The notes under the pieces: model-generated | What the model saw: the letters and a program-made list of their open reading frames with translations, nothing else | Told to the model about the DNA's origin: nothing | Databases searched by the model: none | Source: Chiloscyllium plagiosum | Taxonomy: Eukaryota | Assembly: GCF_004010195.1 (NCBI RefSeq) | Contig: NC_057718.1 | Location: forward strand, 70,899,790-70,963,789 | Direction of reading: 5' to 3' | DNA: 64,000 nt | Program-made: the position numbers and the translations under genes | Shown: positions 36,490 through 48,934 of the stretch, piece after piece | How the letters are laid out: the number at the start of each line of letters is the position of its first letter | How positions within the stretch are numbered: the stretch's first letter is position 1

Positions 36490-38150
36490 CTGTAGGAGAG
36501 CTATAGACAATCCCCATCAACATTTACTGCCTCTTGGTATTTCTCATCTCCACCAAGACTTCATCAAGACTTTCTGAGCCTATGACATTTCTCACAATGA
36601 CATTGCTTCTGTCCTTTACGAACGATATTAACCCATCTCCTTTCTTTTATTTGTTCTTCCTATATGTTGAACATCCCTGGGTGTTAAGTCCCCATCATTG
36701 GTCATCCTCAAACATGTCCTTTTATTTTCAATGATATAAAAGACATGTTTGTGCTGTTGATTTATCTACCTTATTGGGAATGCTCCATGCATTAAGCTTC
36801 AATACTTTTAGACTTGTCCTGTTTCCCTTGTTAGTTAGCTTTATTTTGTATTAAGGCCCCACTTGTTTTTCACTTTTTTTTGCCTTCTACTTTAGCTTCT
36901 TGATTTTCTATCTTTCGTCTCTATCCTTGTTTACCCTTTCTCTGTCTCCCTCATCAGGTCCCTATTCGAGCACAAACAAACCATGCCATGACGGCATTGG
37001 CCCCAATCCTACCCAGATGTGACCAGAACCGATCCCAGGAATCTGCACCCCTTCCTCTGCAGTATTTCTTCAGCCTTATGATGTATCCTGTCATATCTAC
37101 ATCTGTTAGCATGTGACACTGTGGTATCCCTGAGAGTACTACCTTTGAGGCCCTACTCTTCTTTTGTCCTAACTTCCTGTACTCACCTGTAGGACTTCAT
37201 TCCTTTCATATGGTTCGTGCTGATATGTACCATGACCAATGGCCATATTGAGCAATATACAGCATTGGATTAGGAGATACAGGGAGGCTTATGCAGACAC
37301 TGAGGGCTCAGAACAGCAGAAGCCCAAAAGGAGTATTGAATGCGCATAATGGAATTCAAAAAGGAGAGTTAAAAGAAGACGTGATACTGGATAAAGGAAA
37401 ATCCTAAATTGCTTTACAAATGCATTAAAGGATAACAAGGGAAATAGTAGGATACATTACAATGATAGCAGTAATTTGTGCATGGAGCACAATGATATGG
37501 GTATAGAAATTGGGGAGAAGGTCTGTGATACAATTTTTAAAAATTAGCCTAACTAGAAGATTTGGCAGGCTTAAAAGTAGATCCATTTCTGGGGCCAGAT
37601 GAAAGATATCTGTTAAGTGAGGTAAGGTAGTAATTAGCAGGGTGCTTGCAAAAAGTTTCAATTCCTCTCTGGCCTTAGGAGAGGCACTGGAAGACTGCCA
37701 GTACGGTTATTCAAGAAGGCAGCAAGGGATAAACAAGGAAATTCTAGGCAAATCAATCTAATCTCAGTAGTGAAGAAACTATTGAAAGCAATTCTGAAAG
37801 ACAGAATGAAGGTGCATTTGGAGAAGCAGTGATTAATCAAGAACAAGCAAGGTGAAGAGGTCAATTGTTAGGGGACACAGGTTCAAGGTGCAAGGGGGCA
37901 AGTTTAAAAGAGATGTGCAAGGCAGGTTTTTCACGCAAACAGTGATGAGTGCCTGGATTATGCTGCCAGAAGAGGTAGTGGAAGCAGACAAAACAGCAGC
38001 ATTCAAGAAGCACCTGGATTAATACATGATAAGGAGGGAAGAGAGGGATACGGATCCTGTAAAGTGAAGTTTTAGTATGGAAGGGCAAAATGTGATGGCA
38101 TAGGCTTGGAGGGCCAAAGGGCCTATTCCTGTGCTATATTGTTCTTTGTT
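36490..38150. mobile_element. Old CR1 fragments
   Basis: Degenerate ORF1/endonuclease on the minus strand, then RT N-terminal and 3' tail on the plus strand. Confidence 0.55.
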
Positions 38151-38402
38151 CTTTATATTCCCAGTTTAGTCGTTGAACTTAAATTCCACCAACTACCTTG
38201 TTTGAATTTGAACCCATGTCAACAGAACACTAGCCTGGGCCTACGAATACTAGTCCAGCTGCATTTACATCTGTGCCCCCAACTCCCTGTGCCATGATGC
38301 CCATCACCATACCGAGTGACACAGATGTGATAAGCACAAATTAACTTTATTAGACAGCAATACATCGCAGAGGTAACTCCAATAAATGGTACAAGCAAAT
38401 AA

Positions 38403-39056
38403 GATTCACCTGCACCTCCACACACATCATCTATTGCATCCTCTGCACCCGATGTGGTCTCCTCTATATTGGGGAGACAGGCCGCCTACTTGCGGAGCGT
38501 TTCAGAGAACACCTCTGGGACACCCGGACCAACCAACCCAACCACCCTGTGGCTCAACATTTCAACTCCCCCTCCCACTCCACCAAGATATGCAGGTCTT
38601 TGGACTCCTCCATCGCCAAACCACAACAAAACGACGGTTGGAGGAAGAACGCCTCATCTTCCGCCTAGGAACCCTCCAACCACAAGGGATGAACTCGGAT
38701 TTCACCAGTTTCCTCATTTCCCCTCCCCCCAGCCTGTCTCAGTCAAATCCATCAAATTCAGCACCGCCTCCCTAACCTGCAAACTTCTTCCCGACCTCTC
38801 CGCCCCCACCCCAATCTGTCCTATCACCCTCACCTTGACCTTTTTCCACCTATCACATTTCCGACGCCCCTCCCCCAAGTCCCTCCTCCCTACCTTTTAT
38901 CTTAGCCTGCTGGACAAACTTTCCTCATTCCTGAAGAAGGGCTTATGCCCGAAACGTCGATTCTCCTGTTCCCTGGATGCTGCCTGACCTGCTGCGCTTT
39001 TCCAGGAACACATTTTCAGCTCTGATTACCAGCACCTGCAGACCTCACTTTCTCCG
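38403..39056 (+). mobile_element. 5'-truncated Neptune-type PLE (GIY-YIG + pLTR + tail)
   Basis: FTCTSTHIIYCILCTRCGLLYIGETGRLLAERFREH; TSD CAAGCAAATAA (38392-38402 / 39057-39067). Confidence 0.88.
38927..38962 (+). ncRNA. Minimal hammerhead ribozyme motif (family N1)
   Basis: CTGAAGA-A-GGGCTTATGCCC-GAAACGTC. Confidence 0.7.
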
Positions 39057-39254
39057 CAAGCAAATAATCACCTTGCGGAGGTCAGTGCAGGCAGGTTTGA
39101 TCTTGTTCTTGCCCATTTCCCTCATTAACGGGCTTGTTAGCTGTCAGACATGCATGTACATGGACCTGCATACTTGCACCCCTTTTGCATTGTTAGGTTG
39201 TATAGGGCACAATATACAGGTACCACAATGCTGCAAGGATCAGACAGGTCTCTA

Positions 39255-40435
39255 GAGGGTTACAAGGTAAATAGGAAGGACCTGAAGAGTGGACTTAGGA
39301 GAAGTAGAAGGGGGCATGAAAAAGCCTAGCCAGGTACAGTAAAGGAAAATCCCAAGGCGTTCTACACTTATGTGAGGAACAAGAGTATGGCCATTGTGAG
39401 GGTAGGGCTGATCAGAGACAGTGGAGGGAACTTGTGCCTCGAGTCGGAGGAGGTAGGGGAGGTCATTAATGAATACTTTGTTTCAATCTTCACTAGTGAG
39501 AGGGGCCTTCTCTTTTGTGAGGACAGCATGATACAGGCTGATATGCTCAAACAGGTTGCTCCTAAGAAGGAGGATGTGCTGGAAAATTGGAAAGATGTGA
39601 AGATAGATAAGTCACCTAGGCCAGATGGGATATACCCAAGATTACTACAAGTGGGATTGCTGTGCCTTTGCCAATGGTCTTTGCATCCTCGCTGTCCACT
39701 GGAGTAGTACCAGATGATTGGAGGCTGGCAAATGTTATTTCTTTGTTCAAGCAAGGGACGAGGGATAACTCTGGGAATTACAGACCAGTCAGTCGGTGTT
39801 GGCAAATTATTGTAGAGAATTCTGAGAGACAGGATTTATGATTATTTGAAAAAGCATAGCTTGATTCGAGATAGTAAGCATGGCTTTGTGCGGGGTAGAT
39901 CATGCCTCACAAGCCTTATTGAATTCTCTGAGGATGAGACAAAACATATTGATGAATGTAGAGCAGTGAATGTGGTGTCTATGGATACTAGCAAGACTTT
40001 TGGTAAGGTTCCCCATGGTAGGCTCATTCAGAAAATAAGGAGGCATGGGAGACAAGGAAAATTGGCTGTCTGGATACAGAACTGGCTAGCCCGTAGAAAA
40101 CAGGGGGTGGTAGTAGATGGAAAGTATTCAGTCTGGAGCTTGGTGACCACTACTGTTCTGCAGGGATCTTGTCTTGGACCTCTGCTCTTTGTGATTTTTA
40201 TAAGTAACTTGGATGAGGAAGTGTAAAGGTGGGTTAGTGATTCATTTTGAAGGCTGAATTTAAATGCAGATTACAGGGTTAAAGGCAGGATTCTTGGCAA
40301 TGTGGAGGAACAGAGGGATCTTGGGGTCTGCATCCATAGATTGCTTAAGTTGATAGGGTTCTTGAGAAGGTGAATGGTGTGTTGGCTTTCATTAGCAGGG
40401 AGATTAAGTTCAAGAGCTGCGAGGGTATTCTGCAG
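39255..40435 (+). mobile_element. CR1 LINE ORF2 fragment
   Basis: DKSPRPDGIYPR, HGFVRGRSCLTSL and LGPLLF motifs. Confidence 0.85.
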
Positions 40436-41430
40436 GAATTCACCAAAGTTGCACCTTCCAAACTCAAGACTTGCATCTTTTAGAAGGACAAGGACAGCAG
40501 ATGTATGGGAACACCACCACCCATAAGTTCCCCTCAAAGCTACACAATCCTGATTTGAAGCTATATTACTATTATGCCACTCCTTTACTATCACTGGATC
40601 AAGATCTGGAACTCTTTTCCAAGCAACATTGTGACTATACCAAGTTCACCTTCCAAGAAGTTGCTCATTATTGTTTTCTCATGGGTAATTAGGGATGGGC
40701 AACAAATGAGACAAACTGGCCAGAGATGAGTCATGGATAGGAGTGCAAGCCACTGGACTTTATGAATCGAATGACTTATCCATGTCCCCTGAAAAAATGC
40801 ACTGTCCCTGATACCTTGCTGGTGAACTAGCTATCATTAGATCCAAAACAGAGGAAATGGGAAACATTGCTTCAGATCTCAGTGGTACAGCACGCCCTTT
40901 AATGTGAGTCAATTGAGGGACATGATCGATCACTTTTTAAACCGGGTGATGCAATAGAAAAATGTTTCTACCAAATGCTTCAGGTCTGCCTAGAACAGGA
41001 ACTGGATGATGAAGAGGAAGATACATTTATATTGTTAGCCTGTGACTGTAGTGTCAGATCAGCTCTTCTGGGGACCTCAAAACATGGGACTTTAGAGGAC
41101 ATACTGGGTTTGAGTCTGCTGTGCCTTCTCACCAAACACACATTCATATGACTCCTCCTCAATGGTTGCATAAAGTCGGATTGTCTGCTAGACTCTGCTA
41201 TTCAGGGAAATGGACTCACTACCATTTACTTCCAAAAGTCATGGTTAGCGGCTAACCTGCTATTTGACAGCCAGCCTCATGAATATTCAGTTTCAGTACC
41301 AAGAATCCTAATGAGCCCTTTGAAGTGAAAATTGAAAGGGGTGAATGATATTGGCGGGGTTAGCAGGGGAAGTTCCAAAAATTCTTATTGTTGGTTCTTC
41401 ATAGGTAATAGAGGGCCAATGGTGTACAGG

Positions 41431-41897
41431 GCTGAAAATGTGTTGCTGGAAAAGCGCAGCAGGTCAGGCAGCATCCAGGGAACAGGAGAATCGACGTTTC
41501 GGGCATAAGCCCTTCTTCAGGAATGAGGAAAGTTTGTCCAGCAGGCTAAGATAAAAGGTAGGGAGGAGGGACTTGGGGGAGGGGCGTCGGAAATGTGATA
41601 GGTGGAAAGAGGTCAAGGTGAGGGTGATAGGTCAGACTGGGGTGGGGGCAGAGAGGTCAGGAAGAAGATTGCAGGTTAGGAAGGCAGTGCTGANNNNNNN
41701 NNNNNNNNNNNNNNNNNNNNNNNNNNNNNNNNNNNNNNNNNNNNNNNNNNNNNNNNNNNNNNNNNNNNNNNNNNNNNNNNNNNNNNNNNNNNNNNNNNNN
41801 NNNNNNNNNNNNNNNNNNNNNNNNNNNNNNNNNNNNNNNNNNCAGCAACACATTTTCAGCTCTGATCTCCAGCATCTGCAGACCTCACTTTCTCCTC
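41431..41897. mobile_element. Fold-back PLE (family N1), centre in an N gap
   Basis: GCTGAAAATGTGTTGCTG ... CAGCAACACATTTTCAGC plus a 37-nt tail. TSD A(A/T)TGGTGTACAGG. Hammerhead at 41489-41524 on the minus strand. Confidence 0.8.
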
Positions 41898-42010
41898 ATT
41901 GGTGTACAGGGTTTGGTGTTCATTTGCAGAATTCAAAGGGGCTGTGAAAGACTGGGCAATCAAATTACCCACAAATATGGAGACGGAAAGACAAGAATTG
42001 GCAGGCATAG

Positions 42011-42320
42011 ATTTTTTAGATTAGATTACTTATAGTGTGGAAACAGGCCCTTCGGCCCAACAAGTCCACACCGACCCGCCGAAGCGCAACCCACCCATTC
42101 CCCTACATTTACCCCTTATACCTAACACTACGGGAAATTTAGCATGGCCAATTCACCTGACCTGCACATCTTTGGACTGTGGGAGGAAACTGGAGCACCC
42201 GGAGGAAACCCACGCAGACACGGGGAGAACTCCACACAGTCAGTCGCCTGAGTCGGGAATTGAACCCGGGTCTCTGGCGCTGTGAGGCAGCAGTGCTAAC
42301 CACTGTGCCACCGTGCCGCC
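42011..42320 (-). mobile_element. HE1 SINE
   Basis: Full-length head, V-domain and tail. Confidence 0.88.
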
Positions 42321-42632
42321 TTTGTGGTAGAACAACCAGGGGTTTGCAGGAAAAAGCCAGTGATCAGACAGCAGGATGTCTGCAGCAGCCTCAAGGAATT
42401 CCTTCGAATCTGGGAAGCCCGGGGAAAGACATCAGCCAAAGGTAAATCTCTCTCCTTCACTCCATTGTTATATTGCATATTCAAAGCAGTCATAGGTGGT
42501 GAATACATTGTAGGGAAAGTTAAAGCCCACTGTGTGACTGCCACCCAGAAAATAAACTGGCTAGGGAAGGAGTGTGTACTGGGATGACATGGTACAAGGT
42601 ACAGTCAGACAGAAGAGATAGCCAATGTTGAA

Positions 42633-42985
42633 ATGATTAGATTACTTTTAGATTAGATTAGATTAGATTAGATTAGATTAGATTACTTTACAGTGTGGAA
42701 ACAGGCCCTTCGGCCCAACAAGTCCACACCGACCCGCCGAAGCGCAAACCACCCATACCCCTACATTTACCCCTTACCTAACACTACGGGCAATTTAGCA
42801 TGGCCAATTCACCTAACCTGCACATCTTTGGACTGTGGGAGGAAACCGAAGCACCCGGAGGAAACCCACACAGACACGGGGAGAACGTGCAAACTCCACA
42901 CAGTCAGTCGCCTGAGGCGGGAATTGAACCCGGGTCTCTGGCGCTGTGAGGCAGCAGTGCTAACCACTGTGCCACTGTACCACCC
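42633..42985 (-). mobile_element. HE1 SINE with expanded (AGATT)n tail
   Basis: Full-length copy. Confidence 0.88.
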
Positions 42986-43759
42986 ACAAATGCTAAGCCT
43001 ACAGAAGATTTAAGGACATCACAGAATAAGGATCCTGAATTAAAGGAAAAAAAGGATGGCCAGTAGCCCCCAGGATGGAAAAGTGGAAGGATGAGATCCG
43101 AATAGAACAGAGGGTGATCCTAAAACAAGGAAAAGATGTGGTGGTTAGGAAAGACAGGAACGTCCTGTTGCAGGCATGTCATGATTTGCATGGCCACCTG
43201 AGGTAACACAAACTAAGGAAAGGTTTATTACTTGGATGTGGTGGTGAGACTGGGAAAAGGATGTGGAGCACTATGTCGCAAACTGAACTGCACCCAAAAC
43301 AATCCTGAACCACAGCATATTAAGGGAGAATTAGGTCACACTTACTCAGGAGAGGAGCCTTAGGATAAACTATAGCAGACCCCCTCTACTTGCTAAAGGA
43401 GAATTCTAACCATAATAAGTGTATTTACTGAATGGGTGGAAGCATTCTCTATATGATCTAACACCACTAAGACAATAATAGAGATTCTGTTCAAATGAAT
43501 GGGGATGTCATGCTCTCAAGAATCAGATTGGGGAAGCCATTTAATGGCACAGGTAATGTGATGACCCTGTTCAACATAAGCAGACATTTCAAATTCTTAC
43601 CAGCCATAGTCCAGTGGTATACTGGAGGCTTTGAATCGGATGCTCAGAGACCACAAGGAAACTAGTGCAGGGATATAACAATACATGGGAGCACATGCTG
43701 TGAGGGCTGGATAGATTTGTCCTACTGAAGCAACGAGGGTGAAGGAACCTTGGATGTCA

Positions 43760-44395
43760 GATTACAGGGTTAAAGGCAGGATTCTTAGCAGTGTGGAGAA
43801 ACAGTAGGATCTTGGGGTCCATATCCATAGATCCCTCAAAATTGCCTGCCAAGTTGACAAGGCAGTTGAGACGGCATATGGTGGGTTGGCTTTCTTTAGC
43901 AGGGGAATTGAGTTTAAGAGCTGCGAGGTTATGCTGCAGCTCTGTAAAGCCCTGGTTAGACTACACTTGGATTAATGTGTTCATTTCTGGTCATGTCACT
44001 ACAGGAAGGATGTGAAAGCTTTAGAGAAGGTGCAGAGGAGATTTACAAGGATTCTACCTGGACTATGAAGAAAGGTTGAGGGAGCTCGGGCTTTTCTCAT
44101 TGAAACGAAGAAGGGTGAGAGATGATTTGATAGAGGTGTACAAGCTGATGAGAGGCAAAGATAGAGTGGATAGCAAGCGACCTTTTCCCAGGACGAAAAT
44201 GGCTGTCATGAAAGGGCATAATTTTAAGGTGATTGGAGGAAGGTTTAGGGGAGATGTCAGAGATAGGTTCTTAAGGATAGATGCATTAAGGACATTTAAG
44301 TGACTCTTGGATAGGCACATGGATGACAGTAAATAAATGGTATGCAGGTTAGTTAGATCTTAGAGTAGGATAAAAGATTGGCACAACATGTATGT
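43760..44395 (+). mobile_element. CR1 LINE 3' end
   Basis: LGLFSLKRRRVRDDLIEVYK motif. Confidence 0.8.
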
Positions 44396-44610
44396 TCTAA
44401 TCCATGAACACTATGGGCAATATTGCATGGCCAATCCACCTAGGTTGCACATCTATGGACTGGGAGTAAACCAGAGCACCCAGAGGAAACCCATGCAGCC
44501 ATGGAGAGAATATGCAAACTCCACACAGGCAGTCACATGAGGGTGGAATTGAATCCAGGTTCGTGGCACTCATTAGTAGCAATGCTAAGCATTGAATCAT
44601 TGTGCTGCCC
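44395..44610 (-). mobile_element. Older HE1-like SINE
   Basis: Diverged V-domain and head. Confidence 0.7.
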
Positions 44611-45094
44611 CAATTACAATTGGCTGGCGCCCATAAAATCTTACTCAAATAGTCAGCATAAGAAGCAGGAACCTTGGATGTGAGAAGAACAGCTTTAACC
44701 TCCATTCAGCCAGCTATAACCAGGTAGTAAAAATGTCTTTACTATATCACATTTGCAAAGCAGATTTTATGTGTGTGAGAACATAGTCAAGTAAGAACTG
44801 TAAGGTTACTTGGGAAATTAGAGGGACTGACAGGTTTCATAGGATTGAATGTATATATCTTGTATTTCAATGAAAATAAACCATGTCTCAATACTAGTGT
44901 AAAATGAGTACTAGCCAATAAGCAAGTAAATCAGATGCACAAAACTATGATTATAATAGCACCTTCCAAACCCATGACCTCTACTTCTTAGAAGGACAAA
45001 GACAGCAAATGTATAGGAGGAACAAGACCACCTGCAAGTTCCCCTCAAAGTCACATGCCATCCTGAATGGATGCTATATTATTATTCTGTTATT

Positions 45095-46560
45095 CCTTCA
45101 GGGCTCTCCACTTCTTCCTGCAGCAAAGGTCTAAACTATCCCCATCCACCACCACCGTGTTCCACTTGACCAAGTTCATTCTTACCCTCAACAACTACTC
45201 TTTTAACTCCACTTGTTCTCTTCAGATCAGAAGGGTAGCCATGGGCACCCATGTTATTTCAGAGTGGTGTTGAAAAAGCACAGTAGGTCAGGCAGCATCC
45301 GAGGAGCAGGAAAATCAACGTTTCGAGCAAAAGCCCTTCATCAGGACCCGAAACATTGATTTTCCTGCTCCTCGGATGCTGCCTGACCTGCTGTGCTTTT
45401 CCAGCAACACTCTGATCTAAACTCTGGTTCCAGCATCTGTAGTCCTCACTTTTGCCGAGGCTCCAGTTATGCCTATTTCTCCATGGGGTACATTCCTTGT
45501 TCTAGTCCTATTCTGGCTACCTCCTTCTCCAGTATATTGATAATATAATTGGTGCTACTTCCCTTTCTCGTTTGGAATTGGAAAAGTTCATTGGTTGCGC
45601 TTCCAATTTTCACCCCACCCGCACTTTCACCTAGTCTATCTCTGACTCCTCCCTTCCCTTCCTTGATATCTCTGTTTCCATTTCTGGGAATAAACTGACC
45701 ACTAACATTCACTATAAACCCACTGTCTCCCACAAAAAATTCTGGACTATGCACCCTTGCACCCTGTTTCTTTTAAAGACGCCATGTCATTCTCCCAGTT
45801 CCTCCGCCTCCATCACAAATGTTTTGATGAGGTCAACTTTGTCAAGGGAGCCTCCGAAATGTCCACCTCTTCAATCAAGGATTCTTCAGCACCATTGTCA
45901 ATAGGGCCCTCAACTGCATCCGGCCCATATCCAGTGCTTCTGCCCTCACGCCCTCTCTTCCTTCCTACTACAATGACAGGGTTCCCCTTGGCCTTACCTA
46001 CTAGACCATCAGCATCCTCATCCAGAAGATCATCAGCTGCCATTTCCACCACCTCCAGTGAGATGCCACCACCAGACACAAATTCTGCTCCCCTCTCTTG
46101 TTTGCCTTCTGCAGGGACTGTTCCTTCCAGGACATGCTGATCCACTCTTCTTTCACTTCCAACTCTCTCCCATAGCTCCATGGCACCTTGCAATGCAACC
46201 ACCAAAGGTGTAGCACCTGCCCATTTACCTCCCACCTCCCCAGTATCCAAGAGCCCAAACATACCTTCCAGGTGAAGCAGACTTTATCTGCACTTCTCAC
46301 AATCTAGTCTATTGCATTCGTTGTTCATAATGTGGTCGCCTGGGTGACCACTTCACAGAACATCTAAATTCTGCCCGCAAAAATGATCCTGAGCTTTTAA
46401 TTGCCTGCAACTTTAACACACCATTCTGTTCCCTCGCCATCATCTCTGCCTCAGGCTTGCTGCAATGCTCCAGTGAAGCTCAGTATAAACTGGAAGAACA
46501 ACACATTTCCATTTGGGGATTCTGCAGCCCTCTTGGACTCAATATTGAGTTTAATAATTT
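45095..46560 (+). mobile_element. Neptune-type PLE RT-GIY-YIG fossil (3' pLTR probably resumes at ~48190-48490)
   Basis: QIRRVAMGT, YIDN (for YIDD), LPFLDISV, FSQFLRL, Cys-rich linker RCSTCP, and NLVYCIRC. Confidence 0.75.
45259..45456. mobile_element. Fold-back micro-PLE (family N2) inserted in the PLE RT motif
   Basis: Inverted arms plus a ~40-nt tail. Hammerhead on the minus strand at 45313-45346 (CTGATGA-A-GGGCTTTTGCTC-GAAACGTT). Confidence 0.75.
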
Positions 46561-46623
46561 TTGTACCTAATCTCTGCCTTGTCCCAGACCCCCACCACAC
46601 ATGCCAGGCCATACTATAAGATG

Positions 46624-48150
46624 CAGTTTGTTCTGCTATAATGTGGTAGTTGCGTTCTTGTGTGACCTTGTGTTATAGAAAATTGTGCAATGGGGCCTGT
46701 GGGAAAAAAGAGTTAGTAAAAATTGAAACAAAAATAATAGTTAGCCTAACACAAATGATAGCGCAGTCTCAGTAAATGTTAAAATCATATATTTAATTGA
46801 AATAATACAATAAATTTAACACTTTAAAGGGTTTCTGAGTTTGCTGAGTTACAGTACAGTATTACAACAGGGACTGAGGGTCATTACTTTAAGGTGCAGT
46901 TTTTTACAACAAAAGAAAATATTTAGTCCAGAATGTATGGCTGTGGTTCATTGTCTGCAAATTGTTTCTTGGGGGTTGGCATAAAAAAAGGCATCTAGTT
47001 TTTGCTGCTTTGCCATCTTTCTTCTTTCATGAAGAAACTGTTCATAGAGTGCCATATCCTGCTGCATTCTGCATTGTAGTCATTGCCTTCTAAGAGCTGC
47101 AACTGCTTCTGAACTTCCCTCAGGATAGAAGACAAAAGAGAAATGGAATGTTCTCATGGTGCTGCATCCTGGACTTCATCGTCTTCAGCTCGAGCTTCAA
47201 TTTCCCCCACAGCAACAAGTTGTTTTAGATCAGTTTCCATTTCTTCAAGTCCAACTTGCTTTGCAAGAGCAACAGTGTTTTTTGATGGTTGGAAAGTCCT
47301 CTGACAATTCTTTAGATTAGGTTAGGTTCCCTACAGTGTGCAAATAGGCCCTTCAGCCCAACAAGTCCACAATGACCCTCAGAGAAGTAACCCACCCAGA
47401 CCCATTCCCCTACATTTACCCCTGCCTAATGCACTTAACACCATAGGCAATTTAGCATGGTTAATTCACCTAATCTTTGGATTGTGGGAGGAAACCGGAG
47501 CACCTGGAGGAAACCCACACAGACATAGGGAGAATATGCAAACTCCACAAAGACAGTCGCCCAAGGTTGGAATCGAACCCAGGTCCCTGGCGCTGTGAGG
47601 CAGCAGTGCTAGCACAGAACCAATGTGCCAATTGTACACCTTTTTACACCTTTAAAATCACAAAGAAAACCTTGGAGAAGCTTCTGCCAAACTACATGCA
47701 AGCAGTCCTTAGTGACATCACCTCAGGCCTCCACATTGTGGTTGGTAGCATTCTTAGTGTTAAAGCTCTTCCAAAATTGGAGAATGCTGTTCTCATTATC
47801 CGCCTCTGCTTCCTGAATGTGTGCCTTAAATAATAAGCTTTAAAAGCTGCTATTGCATGCTGGTCCATGGGTTGAATGAGAGAAGTTGTGTTTGGAGGTA
47901 GAAATAGCACTTTGATGTTTTTAGAAAGCTTGGTGCATTGCCCAAAATGAAGAGAATCTTGAAATCCAAATCTTTTCTCCTGCAATAATTTCTAAAACCA
48001 TCCTCGAAAACTTCAACGACAAGGTCAGAAAAAAATTGCCCCGTCATCCAACGTCTTTTGCTTGACCTTAAGGTAACCGGAGAGTAAATCGCATAATAGC
48101 CAATGGGATTGCACATATAAAAAAAAGTTCCCCAATTCACCAATCACATT
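46624..48150 (-). mobile_element. pogo/Tigger DNA transposon fossil (DDE_1 transposase)
   Basis: TIR CAGTTTGTTCTGCTATAA; ILFILGNAPS; KVLFLPPNTTSLIQPMDQHAIAAFKAYY. Confidence 0.85.
47311..47625 (-). mobile_element. HE1 SINE nested in the Tigger fossil
   Basis: Tail, V-domain and head. Confidence 0.85.
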
Positions 48151-48934
48151 ACAGCCAAATCATATTGACAAATACATGTTTTAGGAGAATGATCTGTAGT
48201 CAGCCATTACACATTACCTATTGTTAGCCACTAACAGTCTCCATTAATATCTATTCATCCTCCCAGCCAGATGGTTATCAACTCCTTTGTCTGTCCAGCT
48301 GTTCTTCTTTGTCTTTGGGCTCTATTCCTACTTATCGTTAATTCCCTACACCCTCCCCCACCCTATCGTCTGCAATATAAACTGGCAATTCCTAGGTATC
48401 ATCAGTTCTGAGGAAGGGTCATTAACTTTGATTCTCTTCACAGATGCTACCAGACCTGCTGAGCTTTTCCAGCAACTTCTGTTTTTGTTTCTTATTATTC
48501 TGTTAAGTTTTCTTATTGTTTAAATAGATACAACAACTATTACTATTTAACCATTCCAATTTAGTAACATCCCATAAACACACCTCTTGGCAGAAAGGCA
48601 AATTCAAACACTGATTCTCATATGCAGTTTTCTAATCCAGGAGGAAAAAGCATCAAGGGAAAACTCAGACAGAGTAGCAGCACGAGACATTCATTGAAGC
48701 TTCTTTTGAGACCCCAATAACTTCTGCTTAAATCTAAAACTAAAAACAAAGACAACTAGGAAGCCTGGTCTGTAAGAGCTGGCCACAACCAGTGTCCCAA
48801 CTTCAAATAAAAACCCTAAGGCATCACAAGTTGTTTACTTTCTTAGAGATACCTCATCACCTCTGCCTCACCACCTCACTTAAACAGGACAAAATAACCT
48901 CTTGAAAGCCACTTAATTGTCACACAGTACCCCG

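Larger units (their letters stand above)
41370..43700 (+). mobile_element. Retrovirus-like pol fossil (RNase H + integrase)
   Basis: VGSS..., QELAGI, WEARG..AKGK and KVKAH (RNase H). HDLHGH...WW.DWEKDVEHYV..CTQNNP, FTEWVEAF, SDWGSHF and SSGILEALNRML (integrase). Confidence 0.6.

Noticed and set aside
42635..42690. (AGATT)n, (GACTAT)n and (ACATT)n arrays as CRISPR or satellite
   Set aside because: They are simple retroposon 3' tails with no spacers, in a eukaryotic context.
42693..43013. Recurrent small 'protein family' (WKQALRPNKST..., LDCGRKPEHPEETH)
   Set aside because: These are translations of HE1 SINE copies, not genes.
48495..48923. Possible additional LTR fragment ending in TGTCACA
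   Set aside because: Only one terminus is visible, with no TSD or second copy. Not supportable by eye.
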